Notes under the pieces: model-generated
The model's database searches: none
What the model was told of the DNA's origin: nothing
What the model saw: the letters and a program-made list of their open reading frames with translations, nothing else
Shown: positions 46,920 to 55,981 of the stretch, in pieces
Layout: each line of letters opens with the position of its first letter
How positions within the stretch are numbered: the stretch's first letter is position 1
Assembly: GCA_040755995.1 (NCBI GenBank)
Contig: JBFMAF010000035.1
Coordinates: 234,021 to 298,020 of the forward strand
DNA from: Acidobacteriota bacterium
GTDB taxonomy: Bacteria > Acidobacteriota > CAIWXX01
Reading direction: 5' to 3'
DNA length: 64,000 nucleotides
Program-made: the position numbers and the translations under genes

Positions 46920-47751
46920 TCTTCTCTCCTTTGGCTATTCTGATGGCGTTGCCGGAGGTCGACGCGAGGATTGCAGCGCCGAGGGCGCCGGTGAGCTGCG
47001 GGCGAGGAGGCACCGTGACGCCTCGGCCCAGCTTCTGCGCAAAAATGTCGGCGACAGTAGGATTGTATTCGACGACACCGCCTGTCAATACAACTTCTCC
47101 GTCCATGGGATCCATCTCGACGACGCGGTGAATGACCGACAGAAACGTCCCCCGCACGATTCGTTCCACCGGCACGCCGCGCCGGAGGTGCGACAGCACC
47201 TCCGTCTTTGCAAAAACCGTGCAGAAGCTCGACAGCTGCACAGCATCGCTGGTGCTTCGCGCCAGGCGGTCCATGTCGCTCAGAGGGATCCCGAGCCGCA
47301 GCGCGATCTCTTCTATGAAGGCTCCAGTGCCTGCGGCGCACTTGCGATTCATCTTGAAGCCGAGCCGGCGGCCTTCGGCGTCGAGCCGGATGACCTTGTT
47401 GTCCTGCCCGCCGATGTCGATGATCGTGATGGCCCGGGGGAAGTAATGATAACAACCGACGCCATGACAATGGATCTCGGTGATCGACTCCCGGGCGAAG
47501 GAGACGTTGTCCCGGCCGTAGCCGGTAGAGACCGTGTAGGCCACTTCGTCCTTGCCGGCGCCGACCTGCGACAGAGCCGTCTCGAGCGCGGCCTTGGAGG
47601 TCGCATCGTAGTCGACACCCGAAAGCATCGCGACATGAGCCTTGATGGACCTGGTGTCGTCGATCAGCACGAGTTTCGTGGCGGAGGCCCCTACGTCGAC
47701 ACCGCAGTAGACTCTGCGGGACGCTTCTGTGTGCTGTAGCTTCTCAACCAT
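46912..47751 (-). CDS. 2-hydroxyacyl-CoA dehydratase activator (HgdC/BcrD family)
   Basis: GVDVGASATK, TGYGR, DIGGQDNK, MNRKCAAGTG, SSFCTVFA. Confidence 0.93.
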   Translation of the reverse strand: MVEKLQHTEASRRVYCGVDVGASATKLVLIDDTRSIKAHVAMLSGVDYDATSKAALETALSQVGAGKDEVAYTVSTGYGRDNVSFARESITEIHCHGVGCYHYFPRAITIIDIGGQDNKVIRLDAEGRRLGFKMNRKCAAGTGAFIEEIALRLGIPLSDMDRLARSTSDAVQLSSFCTVFAKTEVLSHLRRGVPVERIVRGTFLSVIHRVVEMDPMDGEVVLTGGVVEYNPTVADIFAQKLGRGVTVPPRPQLTGALGAAILASTSGNAIRIAKGEKNA

Positions 47752-47832
47752 TCGCTACCGTCTCACCCCCGCCCCCTGTCCGCAGCAAGACTCCGTGTCG
47801 ATCCTCAGCCACCGACTCATGGCCGACCACCT

Positions 47833-47864
47833 ATTCCGCATTCCGGATTCCGAATTCCGCATTC
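47833..47864. repeat. Heptamer tandem repeat (ATTCCGN)x4
   Basis: ATTCCGC ATTCCGG ATTCCGA ATTCCGC ATTC. Confidence 0.8.
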
Positions 47865-49119
47865 AATTATGGTGGTCGTGAAGCTGTTCGATCAGCGCCT
47901 CGAACTGAGTCCGTGCCTGCTCGTCCGAGTACAGTCGCAGGTCGTTCAGGTCGCCGTTGATGACGACGTAGGGCAGGCCCAGCTTCTTGGCAAGCCTGCC
48001 GGGCATGCCGTAGCGGTTGTTGGAGTTGTTCGGGCAGGTCTTGGCGTCGTGGTAGATGAACCCGTCGATCTGGTAGTCGCGGGCCATCGACGCAAGGTAC
48101 TCTTCCTTGAACGACTCGGCGCGCACGATGAAGAGCTCGGTATAAGCCCGGGCCATTCCTTCGAACGGGTCGGGGCACTCGATCGCCTCGAAGATCCAGC
48201 TGTTGCAGTAGGTGGACGCCACCACACAGGACTGATGTCTCGCAAACAGCTCGGCGTGTTCGCGGAGCTTGCCCCAGACGGGCATGCCTTCCCAGTAGAA
48301 GCGCAGTGCTTCGGCGTCGACGGCTCCGACGTTGCCCTGCACACGCTCCTCGAGCTCCGCGACGAGGATCTCGTAGTACCGCTCGGCGCGCGGGTCGCCG
48401 CGCAGCACGACGGCGGGCCCCATGTGTATCGTGCCGTCGAAGAAGGTCAGGGGCGACGGCCGGTGCTCGGCGCTCCTCAGCACCCGTTTCCAGAGCTTGG
48501 TGCAGCGGAGCGAGGAGGCCATGACATCCCTGAGGCGATCGACGTCGAACCGGGCGCCGGAGACGGACTCGAGCGTTCGGATGAGCGCCCTGTACTGGCC
48601 GATGAGCCCGTTCAGGTGGTCGGCGGTTATGTCGCCGACGCTTCGCGGAGTCTCGATTCCGATGAACGGCACACCGAACTCACGCTGGTAGAAGGCCAGC
48701 CAATCCTGCACGTCGCGGCACTGGTTGGTGTTGTAGACGAGCACGTCCGGGCGCGGCACGCTCTCGATCCCGAATGCCTTTGTCAGAGGCGTGGACTTGC
48801 GCAGGTACGAGCCCACGTCGCTCGTCAGGTATGAGCAGATGTCCGGTGAGTAACCGATAGCGTTGGCCGCGGGTATGAGGTCCGCGGCGACGCGCGATGA
48901 GCCCAGCATGGCGCCGTGGTTCTCGGGGAAGTAGACGAGGAAGCCGAACGCCCGCAGCAGCTCCGCGGGTCCCACACTGGTGCACCACGCAACCGGCGCC
49001 GACCGCGTGCGCGCGGCCTCATCGAGCTCCTTGAAGTATTCAGCCATGAGATCCCGCATCGGCCCTGCCGAGCGGATCTTCTTGATCGCGACGCTCTTCT
49101 CCTTCGCCTCTGAACTCAC
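47863..49119 (-). CDS. 2-hydroxyacyl-CoA dehydratase subunit (HgdA/HadB/FldB alpha-like)
   Basis: PENHGA, GYSPDICSY, NQCRD, DGFIYHDAKTC, INGDLND, QARTQFEALIE. Confidence 0.85.
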   Translation of the reverse strand: MSSEAKEKSVAIKKIRSAGPMRDLMAEYFKELDEAARTRSAPVAWCTSVGPAELLRAFGFLVYFPENHGAMLGSSRVAADLIPAANAIGYSPDICSYLTSDVGSYLRKSTPLTKAFGIESVPRPDVLVYNTNQCRDVQDWLAFYQREFGVPFIGIETPRSVGDITADHLNGLIGQYRALIRTLESVSGARFDVDRLRDVMASSLRCTKLWKRVLRSAEHRPSPLTFFDGTIHMGPAVVLRGDPRAERYYEILVAELEERVQGNVGAVDAEALRFYWEGMPVWGKLREHAELFARHQSCVVASTYCNSWIFEAIECPDPFEGMARAYTELFIVRAESFKEEYLASMARDYQIDGFIYHDAKTCPNNSNNRYGMPGRLAKKLGLPYVVINGDLNDLRLYSDEQARTQFEALIEQLHDHHN

Positions 49120-49204
49120 GACCCTGTCCCTCCTGCAGATTCCAAAAGTCGCATGGACAATCGAGTGGAGTTGCCCCTAGCCGCTCTAACCAAAGTCCAT
49201 CGCC

Positions 49205-49233
49205 AACGTAACATCGCCCCGTGGAATTGTCAA
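49205..49233 (-). promoter_or_regulatory. Candidate sigma-70 promoter of the dehydratase-activator-Acd-SSS unit
   Basis: TTGACA-N17-TACGTT with an extended -10 TG. Confidence 0.55.
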
Positions 49234-49344
49234 TTTGATCTCTGTCGCGCCAGCGCAGCCATTACGGGCCAGAGCGAGCCCGGAGGGTCGCGAGGGAAAT
49301 GGATGGACGCTGAAGTGTATCGAGCGGACTGGGTGGGTAGGGAC

Positions 49345-49650
49345 CTACTTGATCTCTGCTGGACTCACCGGTAGCACCAGACTGATCAACAACTTCTCCT
49401 CGTCGTCGAGTCCGGCCCTGTCGATGATGGCCCAGAGGAGCTCTTGTTTCGCACGCTCGTTCTTGATTTTATCGAATTGACGTGAAATCACCATCACGTG
49501 AATGTTGTCTTTGTACCCATCGGATATGTCTACCAGAGCTTCATCCGGCGGGAGTGCTTTAGGGAAAGCCTCCGCGAGGATCTGTTTCACCTTGTCCCGG
49601 TTCACCCGCTGCCGGCGCGGCTCTGCCACCGTACCATGCGTCGTCTTCAT
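49345..49650 (-). CDS. Small BolA-like/hypothetical partner of the HEPN protein
   Basis: AGGAG RBS; 101 aa; IHVMVISRQFD...QELLW resembles the BolA core. Confidence 0.55.
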   Translation of the reverse strand: MKTTHGTVAEPRRQRVNRDKVKQILAEAFPKALPPDEALVDISDGYKDNIHVMVISRQFDKIKNERAKQELLWAIIDRAGLDDEEKLLISLVLPVSPAEIK

Positions 49651-49662
49651 TTCCGGTATCTC

Positions 49663-50100
49663 CTAGCAGCGGTTGCTGTCAATCCAAGCACACACCCTGC
49701 CTACGGCTTCCAGGAAGGTCTGTGCAGCCTCGGGTGGCAAGTTCCAAGGATCATACCGCCAGGAGACTCGCCAAGAATTCACGGGACCGGCAAAATCTCG
49801 CCATACGTCGCTTCGTTGGAGACTGCTGTACAGCGGCAATTCCCTTGCGAGTGCATCGAGACCATGGTGATAGATGTCCTGGTCGGTGAACTTCCTCTTC
49901 TCGATCAGTTGTTCGAGCGTCTGGCAGCCGAAGACTTCCATGGCGATGGCCTTGAGTCTGCATTCGATCGCATACCCACCAAGGTAGCACGCCGCTCGTG
50001 TGTGGTTTCGGCCCGCACGCAGCACCGCCCGGGCATCCATGAGGCGCTTCAGCGCTGCCTTGCGAATGTCAGTCAATCCATGGTGCTCGCGTCTGCTCAT
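49663..50100 (-). CDS. HEPN-domain protein, probably leaderless
   Basis: AACYLGGYAIECRLKA, HGLDAL, W...WRY; TTGCTA-N18-TACAAT promoter ends 7 nt before ATG 50100. Confidence 0.7.
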   Translation of the reverse strand: MSRREHHGLTDIRKAALKRLMDARAVLRAGRNHTRAACYLGGYAIECRLKAIAMEVFGCQTLEQLIEKRKFTDQDIYHHGLDALARELPLYSSLQRSDVWRDFAGPVNSWRVSWRYDPWNLPPEAAQTFLEAVGRVCAWIDSNRC

Positions 50101-50262
50101 TCGGCCCATTGTAGATCGAATCTCAAACGGGTAGCAATCGGGAAAGTGCAGGCACTCAGCTGCCATCCGAGTATGTGGAAGAAGCGCCCGCAATGAGAGC
50201 CGGGGTGGGCAGCGCCGTAGGGCGGGTCCGCCCATGCCCGTTGCCGCCCGCCGGCTTGAGGG

Positions 50263-50724
50263 CTACGCCGCGACGTGGGGCGCGGGGGCCTTGCCCCAGG
50301 TCGTGCCCGGTTGCTCGATGGTGTAGAAGACCTTGATCTCCTCGGACTCCTCCACAAGCCTCGGCACCACCTGGATCTCCATGCCGATCTGCACAGTGTC
50401 CCGGGGGATCGTTTCGCCGATCCACGCGAGCAGGCGTCCGCCGTCATCGAGGTCTACGACGCCGACCGTGTAGGGCGCTACGTCCTCGAAGCCGGTGGGT
50501 GCCGCATGGATCGTGGAGTAGGTGTACAGCTTGCCCTTGCCGTTCCACTCGCGGAATGAGAACTCGCCTGACAGGCATTGCGGGCAGTCGGCGCGAGGAG
50601 GGAACGTGGCGTATCCGCATGACTTGCAGACCGACCCCATCAGGCGGCCGTCCTTCAGGTGGACCGCGAAGTCCTGCACTTTGGAATACGGAACGAAGCT
50701 GACCTTGCCGAACCAGCTGAACAT
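50263..50724 (-). CDS. Zn-ribbon/OB-fold (DUF35) thiolase partner
   Basis: CKSCG..FPPRADCPQC, GKLYTYSTIH, PYTVGVVDLDDG. Confidence 0.92.
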   Translation of the reverse strand: MFSWFGKVSFVPYSKVQDFAVHLKDGRLMGSVCKSCGYATFPPRADCPQCLSGEFSFREWNGKGKLYTYSTIHAAPTGFEDVAPYTVGVVDLDDGGRLLAWIGETIPRDTVQIGMEIQVVPRLVEESEEIKVFYTIEQPGTTWGKAPAPHVAA

Positions 50725-50727
50725 GTC

Positions 50728-51885
50728 CTAACCCCTCCTGAACACGTGCACGAATGCGTATTGGCCGATTCCGCCGATATTGTGCGTAAGCCCCACATCG
50801 GCTCCAGGCACCTGGCGCTCGCCGGCCTGGCCCCGCAGCTGCTTCACCACCTCGTAGGCCATCGACGCGCCCGTTGCGCCGATCGGATGCCCCTTGGCCT
50901 TCAGCCCGCCGTCGACATTGACCGCCACCGGGCCTCCTATGTACGACCGCCTGTCAGCGATGAACCTGCCGCCCTCGCCCTTCTCGCAGAACCCCAGGTC
51001 CTCGTACGCCATGATCTCGGCGATCGTGAAGCAGTCGTGCACCTCGGCAACCTTGATGTCGCGGGCGGTGACGCGAGCCATCTTGTAGGCCTGGCGCGCC
51101 GCTTCCGTGGCTGACGGCAGCGCGACGAGATCCGGGCGCCTCAGCACCGACATGCTGGCACTCGCGCAACCGACCCCATCCAGCCACACCACGCGATCGC
51201 CCGCGATCGCTCTGGCGCGATCTTCATGCGCCAGGATCAGGCATGCCGCGCCGTCGGCATTGGCGCAGCAGTCGTAGACGCAGAAGGGAGACGCCACGTC
51301 CTCGGATGCGAGCGCCTTCTCCAGCTGGATCTCCTTCTGGAACATCGCGTAAGGATTGCGCGCACCGTAGTAGTGGTTCTTCACCGCTACCTGCAGCAGT
51401 TGTTCGCGAGTCGTGCCGAACATGTGCATGTGGCGAGTGGCGAACATCGCATAGTAGGCGGGGAATGTGGTCCCGAAGACCGACTCCCACTGCACCTCCC
51501 CTACTCGTCCCATCAAAGCCAGAATCTCGGCCGTCGACAGCTCCGTCATCTTCTGGCAGCCGATGACGACGACGACACGGTGCAGCCCGCTCTGGATCGC
51601 CATCCACGCCGTGCGCAGCGCGGCGCTCCCCGATGCGCACGCGACCTCGGTGAGCCATGTCGGGGCCGGCGTGAGGTTCAGGTACTCCTGCACGACCCCG
51701 GCGACCGAACGCTGCTTGTGGTATTCGGGCACTGCGCCGATCACCGACGCCTCGATCTCGTCGCGCGAGATGCCGGCATCCTTAACAGCCATGGCGAATG
51801 CCTCGAATGCGATCTCCTGCACGGTCGCATCGCTGCGCCGGCCGAATTTCGTATGACCGATTCCTACAACTCCAATTCGTGCCAT
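50728..51885 (-). CDS. Thiolase (SCP2/archaeal type)
   Basis: GGAGG RBS; EVACASG, DGAA, EVHDCF, NVDGGLKAKGHPIGATG, THNIGG. Confidence 0.92.
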   Translation of the reverse strand: MARIGVVGIGHTKFGRRSDATVQEIAFEAFAMAVKDAGISRDEIEASVIGAVPEYHKQRSVAGVVQEYLNLTPAPTWLTEVACASGSAALRTAWMAIQSGLHRVVVVIGCQKMTELSTAEILALMGRVGEVQWESVFGTTFPAYYAMFATRHMHMFGTTREQLLQVAVKNHYYGARNPYAMFQKEIQLEKALASEDVASPFCVYDCCANADGAACLILAHEDRARAIAGDRVVWLDGVGCASASMSVLRRPDLVALPSATEAARQAYKMARVTARDIKVAEVHDCFTIAEIMAYEDLGFCEKGEGGRFIADRRSYIGGPVAVNVDGGLKAKGHPIGATGASMAYEVVKQLRGQAGERQVPGADVGLTHNIGGIGQYAFVHVFRRG

Positions 51886-51941
51886 CCGTCCCTCCGTGTA
51901 TCGCCCCGGGCCCATCTCGACCGCCGGGCCCGTCAAGTCAC

Positions 51942-51988
51942 TCCGTCTCCGTTTCCGTTTCCCCGCTTCTCCGTTTCCGTTCCATCCG
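51942..51988. repeat. Degenerate CCGTTT hexamer tandem repeat
   Basis: ccgtct ccgttt ccgttt cc...ccgttt ccgttc between the SDR and thiolase genes. Confidence 0.6.
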
Positions 51989-52035
51989 TGCACGACGCAC
52001 GCCGATGCTTGCGTCTGCACAAGGCCGTAACGCCT

Positions 52036-52785
52036 CTATATGTACTGTCCGCCGTCGATCTTGATGACTTCGCCCGTGATGTGGCGGGAGAGGTCCGAGC
52101 AAAGGAAGGCGACCAGGTGGGCCACGTCCTCGGGGGTCGCGAAGCGTCCCACGACGGTCTCATCCATTGCTTTCTTGAGGAACTCGGGGGCGATGTTTTT
52201 CATCATCTCTGTCAGAACCATGCCGGGTGCGATCACATTCACGTTGACGTTGAATTTCCCCAGTTCCTTTGCCAGCGTCTTGGACAGCGCGATCTCACCG
52301 CCCTTGGATGCAGCGTAGTTGGCCTGGAAAGCCTTGCCTCGCATCCCGTTGATCGACGAGATGTTGACGATCTTGCCGTACTTCTGGTCTTTGAAGACGA
52401 TGCCGGCCGCCTTGTTGTAGTTGAAGTAGCCCTTGAGGTTCGTGGTGATCACGGTGTCCCACTGCTGCTCGGTCATCTTCCAGATGGCCCCGTCCCAGGT
52501 AATGCCGGCGTTGCACACCAGCATGTCGAGACGGCCGAAGGTCTCGACGGTCTGCTTCACCATGCGCTCGGCGTCGGCGTAGCTTGCGACGTCGGCCTTG
52601 ACCGCGAGCCCTCTCCGCCCGAGCTTGCCTATCGCCTCGACCACCTCATTAGCTTCCTTGTCATGGCGGCGGTAGTTCACGGCCACGTCTACACCTTCGC
52701 GGGCGAGTTCGAGAGCGATCGCACTCCCGATCCCCATGCTCCCGCCCGTAACGATCGCCCCCTTTCCTCTAAGTCCAAGATCCAC
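52036..52785 (-). CDS. SDR oxidoreductase (FabG/acetoacetyl-CoA-reductase-like)
   Basis: TGGSMGIG, CNAG, NISS, YAASK, APGMV, IDGG. Confidence 0.93.
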   Translation of the reverse strand: MDLGLRGKGAIVTGGSMGIGSAIALELAREGVDVAVNYRRHDKEANEVVEAIGKLGRRGLAVKADVASYADAERMVKQTVETFGRLDMLVCNAGITWDGAIWKMTEQQWDTVITTNLKGYFNYNKAAGIVFKDQKYGKIVNISSINGMRGKAFQANYAASKGGEIALSKTLAKELGKFNVNVNVIAPGMVLTEMMKNIAPEFLKKAMDETVVGRFATPEDVAHLVAFLCSDLSRHITGEVIKIDGGQYI

Positions 52786-52864
52786 GTCTATCCTCCATTC
52801 TTATCCGTTCCCGTACCCGTCCGCGCGCCGGCTTCCGGCCTGGGCACGACGGAGCGGGTGATGA

Positions 52865-52893
52865 TTCATCGCTCTGAGGCCGCGGCTCGCTAG
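52865..52893. repeat. Dispersed repeat, copy C (partial)
   Basis: TTCATCGCTCTGAGGCCGCGGCTCGCTAG, 26/29 identical to copy B. Confidence 0.65.
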
Positions 52894-53882
52894 AAGTGCC
52901 TGAGGTACTCAGGAATATCGTCCGGCGCTCTCACACCCGACTTGATCTCCTGGGTAATGACCATGGACGTCAAGAAGACGTTCGCGTCCACATTGATGTT
53001 CTCGAACGACAGGCCGGCCTTCGCGATCTTCCCGTTGATGTACTCGATTTCGGTCGGGCACTTGTTCTGGAGGTCGACCCACATGGAGGGCATATGGTCG
53101 CCGCCGCGCATCAGGTAGGCGATGCAGTACTCCCGCGCGTCTTCGCCGTAGTGGTAGCCGAGGGCGGCTGCGACCGAGAGCCCTTCCCTGATGAGAATGT
53201 CGGCCAGGTGCTTCGTGTGCACGTACGTCATTGCCTGCCGCATGGTGATGCCCGAGGTCGCACAGAGGGCGCTCAGCGCCGAGTTGAGGATGGTCTTGAA
53301 GAACGTCAGTTTCTTGACATCGTAAGTCGGGACCACTTCGGTCGTCAGACCGGCCTTGTTCATGACGGCGGCCAGCGTGTCCAGCACCGGGAGGCCTGCG
53401 TTCTTCAGCGGCCCGAGGTAATTAGGTGGGGTGAACCACAGCAGGGACACGGTGCCGTCGGCGGGCGAGACGCCTCCCGCGTAGTTCACAGTCCCCCTGG
53501 CTACGCGATCCGGTGGGAAGAACTTGCCCACTTCGTCCTCGGGTCCGATGCCGTTCTGGAAGCTCACGACCACGGTGCCGGGATGAAGCACCTTCTGGAG
53601 CTCCGGGAGGATTGTCTTGAGCGTCCACGTCTTGGTGCAGATGAAGAGAGCCATGGGCTTGTGATTCCGGAGCTCCTCAAGGGATCTCAGGATGGTGAAG
53701 GATCTGGAGGCCATGGTCATCGTCCCCGACACTTCCAGACCGCGTTCGCAGAGCTGCTGCGCGCGGCTGGGGGCCGATTCAATCAGAAGCACGTCCTGGC
53801 CGGCCGACGCAAGGCCGGCGGCCAGGATCGATCCGACCGGACCCGCGCCAAGGACCGCCATCGTGTTCTCCCCTGTGCTCAT
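52890..53882 (-). CDS. Ketopantoate-reductase (PanE/ApbA)-family 2-oxoacid reductase
   Basis: VLGAGPVGS, ICTKT, SFQNG, KTILN, SMWVDL, TEIEYING. Confidence 0.88.
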   Translation of the reverse strand: MSTGENTMAVLGAGPVGSILAAGLASAGQDVLLIESAPSRAQQLCERGLEVSGTMTMASRSFTILRSLEELRNHKPMALFICTKTWTLKTILPELQKVLHPGTVVVSFQNGIGPEDEVGKFFPPDRVARGTVNYAGGVSPADGTVSLLWFTPPNYLGPLKNAGLPVLDTLAAVMNKAGLTTEVVPTYDVKKLTFFKTILNSALSALCATSGITMRQAMTYVHTKHLADILIREGLSVAAALGYHYGEDAREYCIAYLMRGGDHMPSMWVDLQNKCPTEIEYINGKIAKAGLSFENINVDANVFLTSMVITQEIKSGVRAPDDIPEYLRHF

Positions 53883-54083
53883 GTCAAACTCCTTTGGCGC
53901 GGCTGCCTGGGTGTCTTCCGCAACTCCTGCCAGGCAGGAACTTCGCGTTGCGCCATGCGCAGATCTCGCGCCATCCTTCGCCGTGTGCGCGGACGCCCGT
54001 ATGCCGTCATCGATCGCCGCGCCTGATCGAATACTATCTGCTCAGAAATGAACTACCTCGTTACTCGCACCGGATGCCGCGTC

Positions 54084-54111
54084 ATCGTACCACAACCCAT
54101 GGGGGTGTCAA
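54084..54111 (-). promoter_or_regulatory. Candidate sigma-70 promoter of the PanE-SDR-thiolase unit
   Basis: TTGACA-N16-TACGAT with TG extension; a weaker sigma-54-like TGGCGCGAGATCTGCG lies at 53958-53973. Confidence 0.5.
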
Positions 54112-54410
54112 ACTGAGCTGGATCGATCGATCACCAGCAGCTCGTTGGGGTCTTTCGCCGGCAGGACGATCGTGCGCACGTCGATGCCACGGGGGCGGAG
54201 CTTCTCGGCGATCGCCGCCGCGACGCCGGCGATGGCGGAACCGCGCCTCCCAGCCTGGCGACCGCTTCCTTGAATCCCACGTTCCACGGCCTTCGGGCAA
54301 AATCCACGACGTCTCGCCCCACGCCGGCGAAGCTGCACACCCGCCGACTGGATGAAGGCGACGAGCTCGTTGCGCGCCCGTATGTCGGCGATCACTTCGG
54401 CAGGGATCAT
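54108..54410 (-). pseudogene. Collapsed CHC2-zinc-finger/Toprim primase relic
   Basis: MIPAEVIADIRARNELVAFI..GVQLRRRG, then GRDVVDF..VGFKEAVARL in another frame, then IVLPAKDPNELL; the intervening sequence is missing. Confidence 0.7.
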
Positions 54411-54496
54411 CGGGAAAGGCCCCATTTCCAAAACCCTGTCAAGAGGAAAGTGCATTGCAAACTCATCTATGAATCCCCTGGCACATGAGCCAGAGA

Positions 54497-54519
54497 CATG
54501 CTACATATGTTGTAGCGTG
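54497..54519. promoter_or_regulatory. Palindromic candidate XRE operator
   Basis: catGCTACA-N5-TGTAGCgtg between the divergent primase relic and XRE gene. Confidence 0.45.
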
Positions 54520-54545
54520 GCTGTCATGAGAAATCGTAGAGGACG

Positions 54546-54977
54546 ATGAGCAACTCGGAAACCCGGGGGTACTATCTTGGGCGTGAAATGGGACGGCTGG
54601 AGGATTTGATGCCCAGGATGGACATACCTCGCACGGATTCAGGGACGTTCGGACAGCGACTGGCCCGGTTGCGCAGCGCTGCCGGCTATTCGCAACGGGC
54701 ACTCGCCGCGGAGATTGGCATCTCCCATCGGATGGTCGCCTATTAGGAGGCCCAGACCACGCGGCCGCCCGCCCACGTGCTCCCCGCTATCGCCGAGGCG
54801 CTTGGGATCAAAGCCGACCAGCTTCTCGGGCTGAAACCGGTCTCGGCACTGGGAGCGCCGCAGAACGAGCGCCTCTTGCGCCAGTCCCGACAGGTCGAGA
54901 AACTACCTCCAGGGGCCCGCCACGCCGTCCTCGATACTATACAGGCGCTCGTGGAGAAGCATGGTCTGGCTGGATGA
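54546..54977 (+). pseudogene. XRE-family HTH regulator with an in-frame TAG at 54744
   Basis: FGQRLARLRSAAGYSQRALAAEIGISHRMVAY*EAQTTRPPAHVLPAIAEALG continues in frame. Confidence 0.85.
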
Positions 54978-54999
54978 AGCATCGAGGGAGGGACGAGGA

Positions 55000-55185
55000 A
55001 TGGCTGCAGTCAGAGAGAAGGTGATCGAATTGGTCAAGGCGTTGCCCGAGAACGCCACAGTCGAAGACGTGATGGAGGAGCTTTACTTCAAGCTGCAGGT
55101 GGATGAAGGTCTGGCCGAACTGGATCGTGGGGAGGGCATTCCACACGAGGAAGTGGAAAAGCGGATGGCCAAATGGCTCTCGTAG
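55000..55185 (+). CDS. Antitoxin of a RelE/ParE module
   Basis: Acidic 61-aa ORF (LPENATVEDVM...GLAELDRGEGIPHEEV) overlapping the toxin gene. Confidence 0.8.
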   Translation: MAAVREKVIELVKALPENATVEDVMEELYFKLQVDEGLAELDRGEGIPHEEVEKRMAKWLS

Positions 55186-55475
55186 TGAGGTGGTCACCGA
55201 GAGCCGCACGCCAGTTCGAAGGGATCCTCGAGTATATCGGCAACGATTCCGAGCGCTACGCCAGGATCTTCGCGCGCCAAGTGATACACGTCGTCCACGC
55301 CATCCGACTACGCCCAATGCTCCACCGCATGGTTCCAGAATACGGCGACCCGGATCTCCGCGAACGCATCCACCGAGGCTACGGCATCGTCTACCGCCTC
55401 AAGCCCGACGCCGTCGAGATCGCCGCCATCTGCCACGGCTCGCGGCTCATCGAACACGCCCTCGGCGAAGACTGA
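55173..55475 (+). CDS. RelE/ParE-family toxin
   Basis: VRWSPRA...ILEYI, RMVPE, LRERI..Y.IVY, VEIAAICHGSR. Confidence 0.85.
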   Translation: MALVVRWSPRAARQFEGILEYIGNDSERYARIFARQVIHVVHAIRLRPMLHRMVPEYGDPDLRERIHRGYGIVYRLKPDAVEIAAICHGSRLIEHALGED

Positions 55476-55479
55476 GTCG

Positions 55480-55874
55480 GCCAGTCACACCGACCAGTTC
55501 CGATCCGCCCCATGCGGGGACATACGCTGTACACTGTGATCGGTCTCCTGGCAAGCACAGGATTGCGATCCGGCGATGTCGTGCGCCTTGATAGGAGCGA
55601 TGTCGACCTCGAGTACGGAGTCCTTTGGATCCGTGAAACCAAGTTTCGCTAGAATCGGCTTGTTCCGGTTCACCCGACCACGCTCGATGTGCTGCGAGCC
55701 CATGCCCACGCACGCGACGCCGCCTATCCACAGGCCACGTCCACGGCTTTCTTCCTGAGCCTTCGAGGCAAACGCCTGTCGGTCAGCGCGCTCAGTGGCA
55801 CCTTCCGACAAGCCTGCGCAAAGGCTGGACTTGACCAAGGCCTTCCCCGCAGGCCACGCCTGCATGACCTGCGC
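55480..55874 (+). pseudogene. Outer RIT RitB-like recombinase, 5' fragment
   Basis: TVIGLLASTGLRSGD...ETKFR*NRLVP...RPRLHDLR; N-terminus absent; TAG at 55650. Confidence 0.85.
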
Positions 55875-55981
55875 CAGAATGCCGAGTCCCGGAAAATGCC
55901 GAGTGACGCGCCGTCGGTCTGCCCAAGCGACTAGTTTCACGATATCGACGGCCGGCGCGACTCGGCATTGTTCTCGGTGCT

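Noticed and set aside
46912..49119. Benzoyl-CoA reductase (BcrABCD) call
   Set aside because: Only one activator-type and one catalytic-type gene are present, with no ring-cleavage genes; the family is shared, so the call is unsupported.
51226..52893. 555-aa plus-strand ORF
   Set aside because: Antisense to the thiolase and SDR genes.
54744..55652. TAG recoding or pyrrolysine in the XRE gene and outer RitB
   Set aside because: The two TAGs replace different expected residues (Tyr and Lys) by single-base changes, and TAG ends many normal genes here; this is ordinary decay.
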